A stretch of 32,000 bases of DNA, from positions 630,001 to 662,000 of the forward strand of contig NC_008312.1 of the NCBI RefSeq assembly GCF_000014265.1, written 5' to 3'. Positions 28,342-32,000 of the stretch are shown here, piece by piece. This DNA comes from Trichodesmium erythraeum IMS101. Lineage in GTDB: Bacteria; Cyanobacteriota; Cyanobacteriia; Cyanobacteriales; Microcoleaceae. Position numbers and translations under genes: made by a program. The notes below the pieces were generated by a model. The model saw only the letters and a program-made list of their open reading frames with translations, did not search any database and was not told the DNA's origin. How positions within the stretch are numbered: the stretch's first letter is position 1; every line of letters begins with the position of its first letter.

Positions 28342-29041
28342 ATAGAAGTTAAAAAATTGGAAATAACTATACATAATATGATTGAGACAAAACTCCCAAC
28401 AAATACGTGGGTAATAGGTACCTAGGATGAATTTATCCAGATGAAGGAAAACCTTACCTATAAAAAAGCTAAGTGCTATTACTACAACGAGCGCATCAAA
28501 ATTAAAACTATGGCAATAAGGCCTGACCATTCCAAAGATCATGCAACTATTCTATTTGCAATTAATCTTTTTTGCACTATTAAAAGTACTGTTTTCAATA
28601 GTTTGGATAACTGTAGTTATAGGATGACAGATATTAGAGAGTGTCAACCAGATATATCTTAGTTATATCGAGGAACGTGCGGGATTAAAACCAAAGGGAA
28701 CAGCTATTACTAATCTTGATACCACGCAACTACCAGATTTAGCCATATAAATTGCTGACTCTATTTTATCTCATGATATTGGTTAAAAAGGTTGCTTTAC
28801 TCTCATGAGTCAATAGTGGTAGCGTAAATATTTATAGCAAAATTTATAGCAAAAATTTATCTTCCTGGTATTAGTTTGCAAAGATAAAAAATGGAAAATA
28901 AAAACTATAAGACAAATTTAAAATTCAGCTCCAATACTTTATAGTTACTTAATGTTTGACAAATTGTCTTTTGACAAAAAATTTAGAGAGAAATTAGGAT
29001 TCCTTTATTAGAAATTTTTATCAATTTGAGGATTTGTCAAG

Positions 29042-32000
29042 ATGAACTCAATCTTAAAAAAAGCTACAGAATCAATAGAAATCAACCAAAATTTGCAGCA
29101 AGTGCGACAGCAGAAAAGATTAATGGTAATTGACACGAGAGTGGAAAATTATCGCCAGTTAACTACAGGAGTTACTCCAGAAACAAAAGTAGCTTTAATT
29201 GACCCTAAGCGTGATGGTATAGAACAAATTACCGAACTTTTATCTAATTACCCAACTAATAGTTTACATATTGTTTGTCACGGCGACCCTGGCATTTTAT
29301 ATTTGGGAAAAACACCAATAAGCGAGCAGAATCTTCCCAAATATACCGGATATCTCCAAGAATGGGGAATTGTCGATATATTACTCTATAGTTGTAATAT
29401 TGCCAGTCAATCAGATAACTTGCTCCAACTTTTACATAAATTCACTGGAGCCAATATTGCTGCTTCAAAACATCAGGTAGGCAACCCATTAAAAGGGGGA
29501 ACTTGGGATTTAGAAAGTCGCATTGGTTCAGTTGCTTCAGAGATAGCTTTTTTACCACAAGTTATTCAGGATTATCCTGGAGTATTTCACGGCTTACAAT
29601 TCTATCTTGGCCAAGATGAAACAGGTAAAGTCAGAGCCTATCTTGGCAAAGATGATATGGTGAGTAACGGCTACACAAACATATTTTCTAATGACTATCT
29701 CACTTTAGGTTCAGTTGGGATTTCGGATCAGCGATTAGTACCAGAATCAGATACTGCCTTTGAGTATAGCTATACTGATAATGCATCCTCTTTTCCAGGG
29801 TTCACACCACAGGCATATATGTTCTATGAGACTCCTTTAGACGGGAGTCCCGCCGATGATTCTTTCGTTCCCGAACGCAATACCTATTTCCAAGTCAACT
29901 TTCTAGATGAACTGAAGGTATGGAATGGTGAAGATTTTGTGGCTACAGGTGGAGAGGTAATGACCTGGTCTCAACAAAAAAAGTCAGTCATCAACGAAGA
30001 TCAATTCAGGGAATTGGTAAATGAAGTCACCACAGGGGAAGGTGTTGTAAAGGGAGAACCTTACTATTATTCAGAAATTCGCGAGGCAGGTAGAGACCAC
30101 TGGCATTACATCATGGAATTACAGGAAGGGACTTCAACTACAGGTATTGATGACGGACTTTACCTCTTGGAAGTCGAAGTTGAGACTAACGTTCCTGATA
30201 GTATTCCTTCCGATCCTATTTATATTCTCTACAATCAAAACCTCTCTCCCGCCCCAGATGCAGACCAAAATACTATTCTGGAGGCTCAAAACTATTTGCT
30301 GGAAAACTTCGGGATAACTGAACCTGCTCAAGAATTTAAAGCTTTCTTAGATAGCAGTCAAAACGATGGAGTAGAGTCAGATGCTACAGGAATTGCAACT
30401 TTTAGGCTGAATGCAGACCAGACAGAAATAGAATATACGATTGAATTAAATGGAATCGATCTAATTGAAGACCCTGCAGAACGTACAGCTGATAATGCAG
30501 TCACCAAAATCAACCTTCACCACCGCGACTATGGTATTAATGGGGATCACGTTTTTAATATCTTTGGGGTGGCGTCCGAAGATGACAATGATATTGAGAT
30601 CGACTACGAAAATGAAACGATTACAGGTAAATGGGATTGGTCTGATGCTGCTACCAATTTTACTCGCCATTCTGAGCCGAAATCTGGTGGCACTTATGGT
30701 GATAGAAAAAGCCCTGAATTAAAAATTGAAGTTATTGAGGCTTACGATAATAGTAATGGTACTTTAGGTATCAAGCTGCAAGATGGGGAACCTCAAGATG
30801 AACTTGACATTTTTGAGGGAACTAAACTTAAATTTGAGAACGGTACTACAGTTGAGTTCACAGAAAATATCACTATATTTCAGGAATTTCAGGAAGAAAG
30901 CAGCACTGCTCAAGTAAGTCTCCTAGAAGGAGATGATATTTTGGATGGGGAAATAGCTATTTTACCTCCTGCTCAAAGGTCGGCAACTACTCCCGTGACT
31001 ACTTCTCTAGTTCACCTATTTCATGGGAATCTCTACGTTCAGGTACAAACAAAGCAAAATTTTGACCCTGGTGATATTCGGGGCCAAATATTACCTGTGA
31101 GAACTTTAGCAGATGCCGAAGATGATGTACTTTCTGGCGGTACAGGTAATGAATTATTTGAATTGGATGCCGCTGATGTAGGAGGTGTTGAGATTAAAGA
31201 ATTGGCTGGTCGCGAAACTTTGACTCTTGAAGGTATGGAAACTTCTATGTCAAATTTGCATAGAGAAGATAACGATCTAATTATAGATGTTAACCAAGAT
31301 GGCAGTTTCCAAACAGCGGAGGACCTGACCCTCAAAAACTTTTTTGCAGACGAAGTAGGAGTAGTTGGCAAAGGCTATATTGAGTTAGTTGATGAGATTT
31401 CTGGTAATGAAATTTTAAGAGGTGTTTCTTCTAGTGGGAAGGATTTAGTCCATGGAACTTCAGAAGACGATATTCGGCAAGGTAAGGGGGGTAATGATGT
31501 TATTTCTGGCTTTGGTGGTAATGACGAACTCTATGGTAACCGGGGTGATGATCTTCTCAAAGGTGGTGATGGTAACGATATTCTCAAAGGTGGTTATGAA
31601 AACGATACTTTAAAGGGGAATAGTGGTAATGATACCTTAATTGGTTGGCAAGGTTTCGATATTTTGCTTGGTGGCAGTGGAGAAGATAATCTGAAGGGTG
31701 GTATCGGTCGCGATCGCCTGAATGGAGGAAAGGATGACGATCTGCTCAGTGGTGGAGCGAGTCAGGATAAATTTATCTTTGCTGCCAATAAAACATTTAG
31801 TGAAGCAGATTTAGGTGTGGATGAAATTACTGATTTTGTATCTGGCCCAGATAAAATTATCTTGGATGTAACAGTGTTCACTGCCATTAAGACTACTCCT
31901 GGAGAAAGTCTAGATGAAGGCGAATTTGCTGTGGTGGATAATGAAACTGATGTATTTAGCGCTGATGCTACGATCGTTTATAACTCAGCCAATAGTACAT
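29042..32000 (+). CDS. Large DUF4347 / CHRD / RTX calcium-binding protein (partial; runs off the right edge)
   Basis: This ORF is not in the supplied track because no stop occurs in the window. I checked the frame codon by codon from the ATG at 29042 (GAGGA lies 9 nt upstream) to 32000 and found no stop. The N-terminus (LMVIDTRVENYRQL...LHIVCHGDPGILYLG...TWDLE) matches DUF4347. Bases 30331-31095 are CHRD-like (ATGIATFRLNADQTEIEYTIELNG...HLFHGNLYVQVQTKQNFDPGDIRGQI). Bases 31481-31780 hold RTX nonapeptides (GGNDVISGFGGNDELYGNRGDD...), followed by ITDFVSGPDKIILD. Confidence 0.85.
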   Translation, partial: MNSILKKATESIEINQNLQQVRQQKRLMVIDTRVENYRQLTTGVTPETKVALIDPKRDGIEQITELLSNYPTNSLHIVCHGDPGILYLGKTPISEQNLPKYTGYLQEWGIVDILLYSCNIASQSDNLLQLLHKFTGANIAASKHQVGNPLKGGTWDLESRIGSVASEIAFLPQVIQDYPGVFHGLQFYLGQDETGKVRAYLGKDDMVSNGYTNIFSNDYLTLGSVGISDQRLVPESDTAFEYSYTDNASSFPGFTPQAYMFYETPLDGSPADDSFVPERNTYFQVNFLDELKVWNGEDFVATGGEVMTWSQQKKSVINEDQFRELVNEVTTGEGVVKGEPYYYSEIREAGRDHWHYIMELQEGTSTTGIDDGLYLLEVEVETNVPDSIPSDPIYILYNQNLSPAPDADQNTILEAQNYLLENFGITEPAQEFKAFLDSSQNDGVESDATGIATFRLNADQTEIEYTIELNGIDLIEDPAERTADNAVTKINLHHRDYGINGDHVFNIFGVASEDDNDIEIDYENETITGKWDWSDAATNFTRHSEPKSGGTYGDRKSPELKIEVIEAYDNSNGTLGIKLQDGEPQDELDIFEGTKLKFENGTTVEFTENITIFQEFQEESSTAQVSLLEGDDILDGEIAILPPAQRSATTPVTTSLVHLFHGNLYVQVQTKQNFDPGDIRGQILPVRTLADAEDDVLSGGTGNELFELDAADVGGVEIKELAGRETLTLEGMETSMSNLHREDNDLIIDVNQDGSFQTAEDLTLKNFFADEVGVVGKGYIELVDEISGNEILRGVSSSGKDLVHGTSEDDIRQGKGGNDVISGFGGNDELYGNRGDDLLKGGDGNDILKGGYENDTLKGNSGNDTLIGWQGFDILLGGSGEDNLKGGIGRDRLNGGKDDDLLSGGASQDKFIFAANKTFSEADLGVDEITDFVSGPDKIILDVTVFTAIKTTPGESLDEGEFAVVDNETDVFSADATIVYNSANST

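Noticed and set aside
28228-28662. ORFs 28228..28542(-) and 28441..28662(+)
   Set aside because: They overlap each other and the IS right terminal repeat. They have no motifs.
28628-28750. 40-codon frame QILESVNQIYLSYIEERAGLKPKGTAITNLDTTQLPDLAI*
   Set aside because: The composition is protein-like, but there is no start codon and a TGA lies immediately upstream. I cannot assign a family. It is probably the C-terminal stub of a lost gene and is too short to call.
30134-31371. ORFs 30134..30331(-), 30461..30670(-), 30465..30722(+), 31039..31371(-)
   Set aside because: All lie within, and out of frame with or antisense to, the long uninterrupted DUF4347-CHRD-RTX frame starting at 29042.
1-32000. 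tRNA, rRNA, RNase P, SRP or tmRNA genes
   Set aside because: I found no T-loop/anticodon-arm architecture and none of the conserved cores I can recall (for example GAGGAAAGTCC for RNase P) on either strand. This was a visual scan only.

Overview
The window is AT-rich cyanobacterial chromosome. The HIP1 octamer GCGATCGC recurs, for example at 768, 1853, 8003, 14468, 14590 and 21904. Coding density is low: the 12 confident CDS sum to about 17.4 kb of 32 kb. This resembles a gene-sparse filamentous marine cyanobacterium such as Trichodesmium, but that assignment is inference only.

Confident genes:
- a YdeP/FdhF-like molybdopterin oxidoreductase
- its maturase FdhD
- two RTX calcium-binding proteins: one with N-terminal repeats, and one DUF4347-CHRD-RTX protein that runs off the right edge
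- a staphylococcal-nuclease-like protein with a C-terminal OB-like extension
- a HAD hydrolase
- a phosphoribosyltransferase
- a family-4 uracil-DNA glycosylase
- two tandem DUF2079 membrane-protein paralogs
- Dxr fused to three TPR repeats
- an M50 site-2 protease

The remaining sequence is decayed or repetitive:
- two same-orientation remnants of one IS4-family element with about 190-bp terminal inverted repeats, plus a solo end copy
- four pseudogene fragments (HTH protein, MerR/IS607-like HTH, WD40, dynamin-like GTPase)
- a 2-kb ORF-free repeat field at 12.2-14.2 kb
- a 1-kb ORF-free spacer at 16.65-17.65 kb
- heptamer micro-arrays at gene boundaries

I found no tRNA, rRNA or CRISPR array, and no recognisable multi-gene defence or biosynthetic system. 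The best candidates for something new are:
- the variable-sequence, conserved-structure hairpin inside the IS terminal repeats
- the duplicated SD+ATG mini-ORF module at 13.4-13.7 kb
- the RTX protein with inverted domain order
- the Dxr-TPR fusion
- the orphan nuclease

All of these are hypotheses that need database and structure checks I cannot run here.
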